A stretch of DNA of 64,000 nucleotides, from NCBI GenBank assembly GCA_009914755.4, contig CP068257.2:16032001-16096000 (forward strand), in the 5' to 3' direction. The DNA comes from the human T2T-CHM13v2.0 reference genome, Homo sapiens. Below the pieces are notes generated by a model. That model searched no databases, was not told the DNA's origin, and was given only the letters and a program-made list of their open reading frames with translations. Shown piece by piece: positions 40,130-53,811 of this stretch. Positions within the stretch are counted from its first letter, which is position 1; every line of letters begins with the position of its first letter. Both the position numbers and the translations under genes were made by a program.

Positions 40130-40662
40130 CAATTCCCTAACTCATTCTATGAGGCCAGGATCACCCTGATACTAAGGCCAGACAAGGACACAACAACAAA
40201 AGAACCTACAGACCAATATCCCTGATGAACGTAGATGGAAAAGTCCTCAACAAAATACTAGCAAACCCAACCCAACAATATATAAAAAAGATAATACACC
40301 ATGATGAAGCGAGTTTTATTCCAGGGGTACAAAGACAGTTCAACACACATAATCAATAAATGTGATTCATCACATAAACAGAATTAAGGATGAAAACCAG
40401 ATGATTACCTCAATAGATGCAAAAAAAAGCATTTGATAAAATTCAAAATCCCTTCATAATAAAAACACTTGACAAACTAGACACAGAAAGAGTATACCTC
40501 AAAATAATAAAGGCAGTGTATGACAAACCTACAACCAATATTATACTAAATGGGGAGAAGTTGAAAGCATTCCCCCTAAGAACTGGAAGAAGACAAGTAT
40601 GCACACTTTTACCTCTCTTATATATCATAATACTGGAAGCCTTGGCCAGAGACATAAGGCAA

Positions 40663-40693
<31 letters not shown>

Positions 40694-40806
40694 TTTTTTG
40701 GAAAAGAAGTCAAATTATTTCTGTTCACTGATGATATGATCTTATATCTAGAACATCCACAAGACTCCACCAATATCTCTTACACTTGGTAAATGAATTC
40801 AGTAAG

Positions 40807-41489
40807 TATATTGGTCCATTCTCATGCTACTATAAAGGACTACCTGGCTGGGCGCGGTGGCTCACGCCTGTAATCCCAGCACTTTGGGAGGCCGAGGCGG
40901 GTGGATCACGAGGTCAGGAGATCGAAACCATCCTGGCTGACACGGTGAAACCCCGTCTCTACTGAAAAATACAAAAAAATCAGCTGGGCGTGGTGGCGGG
41001 CGCCTGTAGTTCCAGCTACTCCGGAGGCTGAGGAGATTGGCTTGAACCTGGGAGGCGGAGCTTGCAGTGAGCTGAGACCACGCCACTGCACTCCGGCCTG
41101 GGCGACAGAGCAAGATTCCCTCTCAAAAAAAAAAAAAAAAAGGACTACCCAAGATTCGGTAATTTATAAAGGGAAGAGGTTTAATTGACTCACAGTTCGG
41201 TATGGCTGTGGAGGCCTCAGGAAACTTACATTCATGGCAGAAGGGGAGGCAAACACAACCTTCTTCACATGATGGCAGGAAGGAGAAGTGCCAAGCACAA
41301 GGGGGAAAAGCCCCTGATAAAACCATCAGATCTCATGAGAACTCACTCACTATCACAAGAACAGCAGCATGGGGGTAACCACACCCATGATTCAATTACC
41401 TCCCACCAAGTCCCTCTCACAATGCGTGGGGATTATGGGAACTACAATTCAAGATGTGATTTAGGTGGGGACACAGCCAAACCATATCA
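40807..41489 (-). mobile_element. MaLR LTR (THE1/MST-type, minus) inserted in L1 ORF2, itself split by an AluY; 5-bp TSD
   Basis: tatattggtccattctcatgctactataaaggactacc [Alu] caagattcggtaatttataaagggaagaggtttaattgactcacagttc..ggaggcctcaggaaacttacattcatggcagaagg ... ccatcagatctcatgagaactcactcactatcac ... gggacacagccaaaccatatca; gtaag direct repeat at 40802-40806 and 41490-41494. Confidence 0.85.
40846..41141 (+). mobile_element. AluY-like SINE (plus) nested in the MaLR LTR, 10-bp TSD
   Basis: ggctgggcgcggtggctcacgcctgtaatcc ... gcgacagagcaagattccctctc plus (A)17; CpG-rich; TSD aaggactacc at 40835-40844 and 41141-41150. Confidence 0.95.
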
Positions 41490-41653
41490 GTAAGGTTTCA
41501 GGATACAAAATCAATGTGCACAAATCACTAGTATTTCTATATACCAATTATGATCATGCTGACAACCAAATTAAGAAGGCAATCACATTTACAGTAGCTA
41601 CAAAAAAATAAAATACCTAGGAATATATTTAACTGAGGAGGTGAAATATTTCT

Positions 41654-44523
41654 TTTTTTTTTTTTTTTTTTAAATTTATTTTTTTATTGATAATTCTTGG
41701 GTGTTTCTCACAGAGGGGGATTTGGCAGGGTCATGGGACAATAGTGGAGGGAAGGTCAGCAGATAAACAAGTGAACAAAGGTCTCTGGTTTTCCTAGGCA
41801 GAGGACCCTGCGGCCTTCCGCAGTGTTTGTGTCCCTGATTACTTGAGATTAGGGAGTGGTGATGACTCTTAACGAGCATGCTGCCTTCAAGCATCTGTTT
41901 AACAAAGCACATCTTGCACCGCCCTTAATCCATTTAACCCTGAGTGGACACAGCACATGTTTCAGAGAGCACAGGGTTGGGGGTAAGGTCACAGATCAAC
42001 AGGATCCCAAGGCAGAGGAATTTTTCTTAGTGCAGAACAAAATGAAAAGTCTCCCATGTCTACTTCTTTCTACACAGACACGGCAACCATCCGATTTCTC
42101 AATCTTTTCCCCACCTTTCCCGCCTTTCTATTCCACAAAGCCGCCATTGTCATCCTGGCCCGTTCTCAATGAGCTGTTGGGCACACCTCCCAGACGGGGT
42201 GGTGGCCGGGCAGAGGGGCTCCTCACTTCCCAGTAGGGGCGGCCGGGCAGAGGCGCCCCTCACCTCCCGGATGGGGCTGCTGGCCGGGCAGGGGGGCTGA
42301 CACCCCCCACCTCCCTCCCGGACGGGGCGGCTGGCCGGGCGGGGGGCTGACCCCCCCACCTCCCTCCCGGACGGGGCGGCTGGCCGGGCAGAGGGGCTCC
42401 TCACTTCCCAGTAGGGGCAGCCGGGCAGAGGTGCCCCTCACCTCCCGGACGGGGTGGCTGGCCGGGCAGGGGGGCTGAACCCCCCCCACCTCCCTCCCGG
42501 ACGGGCGGCTGGCCGGGCGGGGGGCTGACCCCCCCACCTCCCTCCCGGACGGGGCGGCTGGCCGGGCAGAGGGGCTCCTCACTTCCCAGTAGGGGCGGCC
42601 GGGCAGAGGTGCCCCTCACCTCCCGGACGGGGCGGCTGGCCGGGCAGGGGGGCTGACCCCCCCCCCACCTCCCTCCCGGACGGGGCGGCTGGCCGGGCGG
42701 GGGGCCGACCCCCCCACCTCCCTCCCGGACGGGGCGGCTGGCCGGGCGGGGGGCCGAGCCCCCCACCTCCCTCCCAGACAGGGCGGCTGGCCGGGCAGGG
42801 GGCTGACCCCCCAACCTCCCTCCCGGACGGGGCGGCTGGCCGGGCAGAGGGGCTCCTCACTTCCCAGTAGGGGCGGCCGGGCAGAGGCGCCCCTCACCTC
42901 CCGGATGGGGCTGCTGGCCGGGCAGGGGGGCTGACCCCCCCCACCTCCCTCCCGGACGGGGTGGCTGGCCGGGCGGGGGGCTGACCCCCCCACCTCCCTC
43001 CCGGACGGGGCGGCTGGCCGGGCAGAGGGGCTCCTCACTTCCCAGTAGGGGCAGCCGGGCAGAGGTGCCCCTCACCTCCCGGACGGGGCGGCTGGCCGGG
43101 CAGGGGGGCTAAACCCCCCCCACCTCCCTCCCGGACGGGGCGGCTGGCCGGGCGGGGGGCCGACCCCCCCACCTCCCTCCCAGACGGGGCGGCTGGCCGG
43201 GCAGGGGGGCTAAACCCCCCCCACCTCCCTCCCGGACGGGCGGCTGGCCGGGCGGGGGGCTGACCCCCCCACCTCCCTCCCGGACGGGGCGGCTGGCCGG
43301 GCAGAGGGGCTCCTCACTTCCCAGTAGGGGCGGCCGGGCAGAGGTGCCCCTCACCTCCCGGACGGGGCGGCTGGCCGGGCAGGGGGGCTGACCCCCCCCC
43401 CACCTCCCTCCCGGACGGGGCGGCTGGCCGGGCGGGGGGCCGACCCCCCCCACCTCCCTCCCGGACGGGGCGGCTGGCCGGGCGGGGGGCCGAGCCCCCC
43501 ACCTCCCTCCCAGACAGGGCGGCTGGCCGGGCGGGGGGCTGACCCCCCAACCTCCCTCCCGGACGGGGCGGCTGGCCGGGCAGAGGGGCTCGTCACTTCC
43601 CAGTAGGGGCGGCCGGGCAGAGGCGCCCCTCACCTCCCAGACGGGGCGGCTGGCCGGGCGGAGGGCTGACCCCCCCACCTCCCTCCCGGACGGGGCGGCT
43701 GGCCAGGCGGGGGGCTGACCCCCCCCACCTCCCTCCCGGACGGGGCGACTGGCCGGGTGGGGGGGCTGACCCCCCCATCTCCCTCCCGGACGGGGTGGCT
43801 GGCCGGGCTGAGGGGCTCCTCACTTCCCAGTAGGGGCAGCCGGGCAGAGGCACCCCTCACCTCCCGGATGGGGCGGCTGGCCAGGCGGGGGGCTGACCCC
43901 CCCACCTCCCTCCCGGACGGCACGGCTGGCCAGGCGGGGGGCTGACCCCCCCACCTCCCTCCCGGATGGGGCGGCTGCCGGGCGGAGACGCTCCTCACTT
44001 CCCAGATGGGGTGGCTGCCGGGCGGAGAGGCTCCTCACTTCTCAGACGGGGCAGCTGCCGGGCGGAGGGGCTCCTCACTTCTCAGACGGGGTGGTTGCCA
44101 GGCAGAGGGTCTCCTCACTTCTCAGACGGGGTCTCGGCCGGGCAGAGGCGCTCCTCACATCCCAGATGGGGCGGCGGGGCAGAGGCACTCCCCACATCTC
44201 AGATGATGGGCGGCCGGGCAGAGACGCTCCTCACTTCCTAGATGTGATGGCGGCTGGGAAGAGGCGCTCCTCACTTCCTAGATGGGATGGCGGCCGGGCG
44301 GAGACGCTCCTCACTTTCCAGACTGGGCAGCCAGGCAGAGGGGCTCCTCACATCCCAGACGATGGGCGGCCAGGCAGAGACACTCCTCACTTCCCAGACG
44401 GGGTGGCGGCCGGGCAGAGGCTGCAATCTCGGCACTTTGGGAGGCCAAGGCAGGCGGCTGCTCCTTGCCCTCGGGCCCCGCGGGGCCCGTCCGCTCCTCC
44501 AGCCGCTGCCTCCCGGGCGGCCG
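41654..44523 (-). mobile_element. SVA composite retrotransposon (minus), about 2.87 kb: poly-A, SINE-R, long VNTR, Alu-like remnant, non-canonical 5' end; 15-16-bp TSD
   Basis: on the plus strand: (T)18 at 41654-41671, rc SINE-R (HERV-K env/LTR-derived; gggtgtttctcacagagggggatttggcagggtcatgggacaatagtggagggaaggtcagcagataaacaagtgaac ...), rc VNTR, rc Alu-like (ctgcaatctcggcactttgggaggccaaggcaggcgg), then 61 bp of GC-rich non-SVA sequence; perfect direct repeat (g)aggtgaaatatttct at 41638-41653 and 44523-44538. Confidence 0.92.
42187..44418. repeat. SVA VNTR, about 2.2 kb of GC-rich 35-50-bp units
   Basis: units ctccctcccggacggggcggctggccgggcggggggctgaccccccc and ggctcctcacttcccagtaggggcggccgggcagaggcgcccctcacctcccg repeated about 50 times; the large minus-strand ORFs here (e.g. 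43109-43678) are P/G/R-rich artefacts of the repeat. Confidence 0.95.
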
Positions 44524-45987
44524 AGGTGAAATATTTCTACAAGGAAAACTACAAAATATTGATGAAAGAAATTGTAGACGACACAAGCAAATGGAAAACT
44601 ATCTTATTTAATGGATCAGAAGAATTAGTATCATTAAAATGACCATAATGCCCAAAACAATCTACAGATTTAATGCAATTTCCATCAAAATGCCAACATC
44701 GAGTTTCACAGAATTGGGGAAAAAAATCTTAAAATTTATATGGAACCAAAAAAAATCCCAAATAGTGAAAGCAATCCTAAGCAAAAAGAACGAAGCTGGA
44801 GGCATCACATTAACTGACTTCAAGCTACACAACAAAGCTACAAAAACACCATGGTACTGATACAAAAATAGACACATAGACAAGTGGAACAGAATAGAGA
44901 AGGCAGAAATAAAGCAGCATACCTATAACCAATTGATCTTCAACAAAGTCAACAAAAACAAGCTAATGGAAAAAGGATCCCTATTCAATAAATGATGCTG
45001 GGAAAACTGGCTAGCCATATGCAGAAGAGTGAAACAGGACCCCTATCTCTCATCATAAACAAAAAGCAACTCGAGATGAATCAAAGACATAAATGTAAGA
45101 CTTGAAACTATAAAAATATTAGAAGAAAACCTAGGAAAAACTCTTCTGGACATTAGTCTAGGTAAAGAATTCATTACTAAGACCTCAAAAGCACAAGCAA
45201 CAACAACAAAAATAGAAAAATGGGACTTAATTAACCTAAAAAGCTGCTGCACAGCAAAATAAATAATCAACAGAATGAACAATCTTCAGAATGGGAGAAA
45301 ATATTCACAAACTATGTATCCAACAGGGGACTAATATCCAAAATTTACAAGGAATTCACATGACTCAAGAACAACAAAAAATCCAAGTAATCCCATTAAA
45401 AAGTGGGCAAAAACCATAAAAAGACATGTCTTCTCGAAAGAAGGCATACAAATGGCTAACAAACATATGAAAGAATGCTCATTATATCACTAATCTCAGA
45501 AAAATGCGAATTAAAACCACAATGAGATATCATCTCACACCAATAGGAATAACTATTATTAAAAAGTAAAAAAAAAAAAAAAAAAAGATGTTGGTGAAAA
45601 CGTGAAGAAAAGGGAATGCTTATACACTTCTGGTGGCAATATAAATTAGTATAACAATTATGGAAAATAGTATGAAGAATTCGCAAAGAACTAAAAATAG
45701 AACTACCATTTGATCCAGCAATCACACTACTGGATGTATAACCAAAGGTAAAGAAATAATTATATCAAAAGATACCTACACTCATACTTATCTTAGCACT
45801 GTTCACAATAACATATGAAATCAACCTAAGTGTCCATCAGTCGATAATTAGATAAAGAAAATGTGGTATATACACCCAGCGTAATACTATTCAGTCATAA
45901 AAAGAATGAAATCATGTCTCTTGCAGCAGCAAGGATGGAACTGGAGGCCATTATCCTAAGTGAAGCAATTCACAAATAGAAAGTCAA

Positions 45988-46324
<337 letters not shown>

Positions 46325-47180
46325 CTAAATAGTATGTATACATGGACATGGAGTGTGGAACAATAGACATTGGAGACTTGGAATGGTGGGGCGTGGTGGT
46401 GACAGATGAGAAATTACTTATGTACATTATTCAAGTGATGGCTATATTAAAAGCCCAGACTTCAATACTATGTAATATATTCACGTAACAAAACTGCACT
46501 TATACCCCTTAAATTTATAAAAAGAAAAAAATTAGGGCCTACCCTAGTCGAATATGACCTCATCATAACTTGATTACATCTATTGTCTGTTATGTTTCGA
46601 AATAAGGTCACATTCACACGTACCAGGGATTAGGACTTCAACATATGTTTTTGGGAGGCCCACTTCAACTCATAGTAGTCCCCATCAACAATTCCAAAGC
46701 CCAAATCATGATCTCACCCTTAAAACTCTGCGTCAAACTTTCCATTCAGTTCATTCATTCATTTATTCAGCATTGCTAGGCTTAATTGTTGGTGCCAAAA
46801 TAAGACAGTGAAAATCAAGAAAAACCATGAAAATCATTTGTGCAAGTCTGAAAGCATTTTATATGTTATCACATCCGCCCATTCCCAAATCCAAACAATT
46901 ATCAAGTCTTGCTGACTTCATTTTTTGAATACGTCTCACATCCATTCCTTTTTTTTTTTTTTTCCAATTCCACCTCTACCTTCATCTCTGGAGTCCAAAT
47001 TCTCATATTCTCCTGCCTGGACATCTGTAATAGCCTTCTAAATGCGAATCACATTTAATTCTCATTCTGTCTAATGAGTTACTACTCTAAGGTTAGATTT
47101 CCTCCTACAACCTCCCTCCCTGCCCAGACTTAAAACACTTCAATGATTTTCCAATATTTTTAGAGTAAAGCCAAACTTGA

Positions 47181-47318
47181 GTTGGGCACAGTGGCACGTG
47201 CCTGTAGTCCCAACTACTTGTGAGGCTGAGTCAGGAGCATATTTTGAGCCCATTCACTTAAGCCCAGGAGTGTCAGGCCATCCTGGGCAACATAACTCAT
47301 CTCTTTAAAAAAAAGAAT
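47181..47318 (+). mobile_element. free Alu monomer (FLAM-like) with TSD
   Basis: ttgggcacagtggcacgtgcctgtagtcccaactacttgtgaggctgagtcaggag..gagcccattcacttaagcccaggagtgtcaggccatcctgggcaacataactcatctc plus A-run; direct repeat taaagccaaact at 47168-47179 and 47329-47340. Confidence 0.75.
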
Positions 47319-48052
47319 AAAGCCAAACTCCTCAACATGGCTGATGAAACTCTGGGTGGTGGACTTTACCCACTTGTCTAGCCTCGGCTCACACCATACC
47401 CCACCCCTCACTTCCTCAGCTCCAACCACATTGGTCTTCTTTCAGTCTCTCAAATTTTAAAATGTGTACAGATTGCTAGGGAATCTTGTTAAAATGCAGA
47501 TTCTGGTTAAGTCAATCTGGAATTGTGCCTGAGAGTCTGCGTTTCTGATTAGCTCCCACGTGGTACAAAGGTTGATGGTCCAAAACTCTGTTTGAATCCG
47601 AAGGTTTGCCAGTTTCCGTGCTCCCTTGGCATATGCTTTTGCACATGTTCCTGGCTTTCCTCAACACTCTTTCCTCCTCTCTTCACTTGAACCCATTGTT
47701 CAGATCTCAATTATTATCTCTTCTCGTGGAAGTCTTCTCTGACCTTCCTGACTAGGCCAAATCCCCCCAATCCCAGTGCGAAGTCTCAGGGACTCTGTCT
47801 CTCCTTAGCACTTAGCATAGTTGAGTTCTATGTTTTCTGTGCACATTTTTAAAATCATATATTTGTCTCCCCCAAGACCATTGGCTCCATGATGGAGTGT
47901 CTGTTTCTGATTGCCATCGCATCCCCAGAATCCACATAGCATGGGGTTTTCAGATGAGACACTTAATAAATATTTGTTGAGGCACTTGGATCTCTCAGGT
48001 CGCCCACTTGGCCCTCTTCCAATTGTACGTTAATTCCTGCCACTTGTGGTAA

Positions 48053-48223
<171 letters not shown>

Positions 48224-48439
48224 TAAAATTTGCCTTGGTCACTTCCTCTGTTTTATGCCCCTCTGCCGAATTCTTTCCTCTTAGGAGGCAAGAATCAAGT
48301 TTGTTGCAGACTCTTTGGATTCGCTGCTGCCACATGACTTGGATACGTTCCGTAGTGGTAAGACACCTCTATCCCTTGCCTTCTTTGGCTGGAGGCATTT
48401 CACCCCTGTGTGTGGTTTCCTTAAAAATGAATGGATGGA

Positions 48440-48466
48440 TGAATAAATAAATAAATAAATAAATAT
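48440..48466. repeat. (AAAT)n microsatellite
   Basis: aataaataaataaataaataaat. Confidence 0.9.
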
Positions 48467-51193
48467 TTGTTGAATGAATGAATCAGTGGTACCGAGTTCT
48501 TAACAGCCTTTTCTTTTACTAACAGGGTAAAAGGATGATTTAATTAAGTTGCCCTGTGGATGTTTAGACTCTCTATAAGAAAATGGCTTTGGTTTCCCCA
48601 GACTGTTCAGCAGAGATTCTGCTGCTTCTATTCTGGGTTGCTTCTGATGTTGTTAACAACCTTTGCACACACTCTGGGTTTGTTTCTGCCTTGTGGCTGC
48701 TGAGCTCAGATGGTGACCTGGGGTTAATAAAATCATGTCTCTGCAAGCAAGAGAGAGCCTCTCTGGTTATTTCAAATAGCGGGGGCTTGATTGTAAGGTT
48801 GTATGTGGAAATTAGGTAGATGGGATCTTAGCTGGGTAGGCAGTCCACTCAGACAACAGAGCACTACAAGGTTGCCTGGAGTTAAATGCAGCTCTTGAGG
48901 CAGCTCTTGTCACTGTGTCAATATCGCAAGTTGATTGCTCTCTGGTGTCTGGCTCCACCACTAAGACAGCTCAGCTGTTCTTCCTGTCCCTGGATTACTT
49001 GGAGTATCCTTCAATTTCTGTTTTTGCCACTGCTTGTTCTCTCCCAATATGAAGTGCTCGTTCACAGTTTCCATCACTTTCTGGTTTCTGTGGCATCACT
49101 GCATCTGCTGGCTGCCTTCTTAGCTTTTACTCCCTGGTGTCTGCTGCTCGTATTCTCCATATACCTTGCATTCAAATTTTATTGCTTTGTTTAATCACAG
49201 TGTAGTCTTTTTCTGATTCTTACGCCACAAGCCTAGGCCACTAACAGGCCCATATCATCATATTTGCTGCCTATGAGCTTGATGCTCTCCTGGTCCAAGC
49301 AGGTCTGAGAAGGACAGTATGCTTACATGCAGCAGCGTGCTGGAGATCCCCAAGAGATGATTGTTAAATATTTAGGAAATTGATGAGCCCAGTTAAACAG
49401 CTGGTAGCTTGAAATCAGCCAAAGTAGGAAAATTTACACCACAGAAATTGGCAAAGGATATATATGTCGGGGCCCCATTTTTCCCTACAGAGCCAGTTTC
49501 CCAACACATGAATAGAATAAAAAACAAGGCTCCACTCCAAGGAAGCATTCAGAGCCATTTCCCTTGGTTATGTGGTTGCTATTCCAAGGCTTCCCTAATG
49601 GGGCAGTATGATCAGCAAGTCCCTTACATGGCTAGTTCAGTCTAACATGGTCACTCCCAGGACTTCCAAAGTAGACACAGACACCTTTCATTGCTGTTGC
49701 TACCCAATTGCTGCTATACTTATGTTTTAGAATGAGTTTCTTGGGAAACAAAGTCTGAGATGAGAATTTGTGTGCAGAATCTTATTAGGGAGTACTCTTG
49801 GGTTCAACTCTTAGAGGGGAGTGGAGGTACGATTATACAAAGGGAGGAGTTCAGCTGTGATGCAGTCACCAAAAAAGACATCAGGCAATTCCATCAGGAG
49901 GACCAGCCGTTAGATGAGGGCTGAGGGCTGCCTGTCGGAGCAGCTCTCTTCAGAATAGAGTGAGTCCCAGGGAGAAACTCTGGGCGGAGAACCATCAGCC
50001 ACCAACACTCCCAGTGCCTGGGGGAATGAGCGTCTCAGTTTTGAAGGGGAATCTGTACGGCTCATGCATATTCACTTATATGAAGGGAAAAAAGCGTAAG
50101 AGTTATTAAAGTTTCTTTAGAACATATTAAAGTTGTTTTCATTAAGTTCTTGAGCAGGAAAACTTTGATAATTTGACAACAAATCTCTAAGGGTTGTAAT
50201 TCTACTTCTATATCTTTCTGTTTTTCTGAGCCCTCATCTCCTGAAAACATGGTGACCCCAGTTTCCTCACCAGGAGGATCAGAGGACAAAATCACTGACA
50301 TTTCATAGTATCACACTTACCTATCTTAATCTTCCGTGCTTAACTCTGCCCTTCTCTCCACTCAGGGCATTCCTGTCTCCAGCATTAGGTGTAACAGACT
50401 CAGGATTACATAGTGCTTATGCTGCAGACTTTTTCCCTTTACCTTCACATCCCTCCATCCTGGCATTGGTTTTAATGTTTCTCACCCCTCCCTTTCTGGC
50501 AGGCCTCTTGTACTTTTTTGTAGGTTGACTTGCCAAATTACAGATTTGGTCCTTCCAAGAAGTGTGACCTTGGAGAAACCTTGGCAGATATGGCACTTTA
50601 AGGATGGTTACAAGTTCTTTGACTTTCTTTCCATCAGGAGATTGGATGGGGGTGGGACGTCTATGGCCTTTTGCCTTGAAAATGTGTGGCTCAGTGACTG
50701 CTTTAACAGTAGAAAATGGCGGAAATAATATTGTACTACCTGTTGAGCTCAGCCTTTAAGAAATTAGCAGGTTCTATTCTGGTTCTTAGAAAACTTTCTT
50801 TAAGAGCCCTAAGCCATGTGAGAAATGCAACTACCTGAGGCCTCATGCCAGAGAGGCCAGCATGGGTGCTCTGGTCCATGGCCCCAGCTGAGCCCAGCCT
50901 GCCAGTCATCCCTGCCAGTGTGCCAGACACGGGCATGAAGCCGCATTGGATCCTCCGCACAACATATCTGCCAGCCAAATACCTGAGCAACCTCAATCAA
51001 TGCCGCATGGAGTGGAAAAATCACCCAGGTGAGTCCTGCCTGAATTCCTGATACACAAGATCTTAAGATATAATAAAACAAGTCCCGCTTTAAGCTGCTA
51101 ACATTTGAATTGATCTATTACACAGCAATAAATCATGGAAACATCAGGTACATAGCATTCTAAATCACTGACCAAGATGATGCTGGTATTTTT

Positions 51194-51477
51194 TTTCTTT
51201 TTCTTTTTCTGTTTTTTTTTTTTTTTTTTTTTTTTGGAGACAAAGTCGTGTTTTGTCACCCAGGTTGGAGTGGCATAATCACGACTCACTGCCTCAACTT
51301 CCCAGGTTCAAGTGATCCTCCCACCTCAGCCTCCTAAGTAGCTGAGACTACAGGCACGCACCACTACACCCGGCTAATTTTTGTATGTTTTTGTAGAGAC
51401 AGCGTTTCACCATGTTTCCCAGGCTGGTCTTGATCTCCTGAACTCAAGTGATCCACCTGCCTTGGCCTCCCAACGTG
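51194..51477 (-). mobile_element. Alu SINE (minus), slightly 5'-truncated, with TSD
   Basis: long T-rich head 51189-51235, ggagacaaagtcgtgttttgtcacccaggttggagtggcataatcacgac ... cttggcctcccaacgtgg; direct repeat tggtatttt..tt either side. Confidence 0.88.
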
Positions 51478-53539
51478 GTGGTATTTTCTTCATAATTGTT
51501 TAATGAATGCTGCAACTAAGTGTCCCAAAATGTATTGCCAATTTAAATATGTAGTTCAAACTTCACTGAGAAACTAAGAGGCTAAGTTCTCTTTCTGTTA
51601 TCTGCCTGGACATAAAGACGTATGTTTGGAGATGGCAGCCTTTTTTTCTGTTAGATGAGTAGATATGGAGAGTGCCAGGCACTCTTCTTTGTGTTTTCTC
51701 CCCTCTTTTCCCTTTCCCTTGGATTATAGTCCTTTTGATCCAACTTATATATAACCTTATAGAAACGAATAGAGGGTTAAAAGCTGTGGTGTTTGGGGCC
51801 TCCTTCCCTCCTTTCAGAACACAGTGTAATCCTAGGACTTACGCCATTTACCCTTTGGGAGATGTATCTCTCCACAAGGACAGAGGGTTAGATTTTCAAT
51901 TCTTGGGGACAATAAGTTTATTCATTTGAAGCAAAGCTCCAAAAATCTGACCTTGCTAAGAAGATGCTATTATCCGATCTCCTTCCACTGGGGAGAAATC
52001 ACTTTTCAATAAAAAATTTCTATTGTTTTTACAAAGAGAGAATATAATTTTTACTAAATTACAATGAACATGATGTAGACTTTATAGAAGGAAATAGGAT
52101 TGAGAAATTATCCCTAAATGAAATCAGACAATGCACAAAGAGAACATAACTTGTGCATACAGAGGCTTTGTTCCTGTGAGCCTTGCTATTGTAAAATCTC
52201 ACGTAGTCAAAGAAGCAAAGATACTTCAAGCAGAATCCTGAGAATTCTTGTAATTTGCTTTCTAATTCTGCATTCCCTGCCCTTCCCTGGTGTGCTTTTA
52301 GGTAAGCATGGAGAAGATGAATGAACACGCAGGGAAATAGAACAGAAATGTTAACTACACTGTTCACAAGAGTAACTCAATCACACTTTCTTATGTGCAT
52401 TAGAATTATAGAGATGAAGAGGGATTTCATTCCAATCCCTCTTTTACTCATTAGGTAAAAGGAGGCACAGAGAATTTAAATGACTTGTTCAGAATCACAT
52501 AGCCAGTTTTTGTTACATTGGGATTAGAAAACCAGCAATTGTTTGTACTATGACTACATCAACTCCTACTTTAATAACAATATTTATCCTTTCCAGAGTA
52601 TTTGTTGACCTCTATCTAATATAGGGTACTGTGCCAGTCATTGGTTATGAGGAGCTGAATAAGACAGAGACAGCCCTGGCATCATGGAACTTACTCAAAG
52701 CAATCTGGTGGGACAGTAAAAAATGGTACTATTCAATGCGGTATGGTGCTCATAAGATGACAATCAAATTAAACTTTTCTTAGCATAGTCTTACTTATTG
52801 AACTGATGGGACAGCCAGCATAGTTTCCTTTAGGATACTCTGATTCCCTAACATTCTAAGGGGAGAAAATTTACTCTTGGATCCTGCTTTTATTAAAGAA
52901 GTTAGAGATTAAGTTTACAGACTTTTTTCTGTTACTTTGCGGCAAGATCTGTCCTTGTTCTCACAGAAGCCTGGAGGCTGGTTAGTCACTCTCAGTTCTT
53001 CCTGCTAAGGTTGAGTCCTATAAACGCTTGTTAGTCTAATTTAGTTGTCAAGGAGGGCCACTTTTTACCCAGCCTCTTTTGGTTTAAACTCTTTGTCAAG
53101 CAGAACTGATTGAAACAAATAGAAAGGAAGACAAGTTGCTATTTTAATATAGAACATTTTGGTTTGTTAGAATTAGTATCTGGAAAAAGATTCCAGAGCA
53201 ACAGAAAGATGCGACTCAGTTATACTTCCTGCATAAACATCTAAGCAGCAACAATTGAGTAAGAAACACATGTAAAGACAAGATGGGATGGGAATGTATT
53301 AGGATAAGCCACATGGAATTCCCTATATGCAACAATTTTGACCTACAAAAATGGCAGTGTTCTTTAATTCAAATATGTTCTATTGCATGTATCAAAATCA
53401 GTTCGATTTAGTAAATGTTCACGTTTATTTCTGAGCAAGGGCCTTGGGTAATTTTATCTCTGCATGACTCAGTTTCCTTATTTGAAAAGTTGGTATAATA
53501 GATGTTGTTTATTTATTTATTTACTGTTAAAACCAATTC

Positions 53540-53811
<272 letters not shown>

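Noticed and set aside
41675-42165. Treating the SVA SINE-R module as a second HERV-K LTR
   Set aside because: It lacks the LTR U5 end and is continuous with the VNTR and poly-A inside one TSD pair. It is the SINE-R component of the SVA.
42150-44642. Long overlapping ORFs (up to 189 aa) on both strands, rich in P/G/R/A
   Set aside because: They are reading frames through the GC-rich SVA VNTR. Periodic repeat units keep frames open. They have no start/stop context, no codon structure, and identical peptide repeats track the DNA repeat. Not coding.
47440-48000. Weak resemblance to MER5-type hAT MITE (cttgttaaaatgcagattctgg ... tctgcgtttctgattagctcccac) and to a MIR 3' end (gcacttagcatag..., cacttaataaatatttgttgag)
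   Set aside because: Matches are short and degenerate. I could not delimit termini or TSDs by eye, so they are not reported as features. They probably reflect ancient, heavily decayed repeats.
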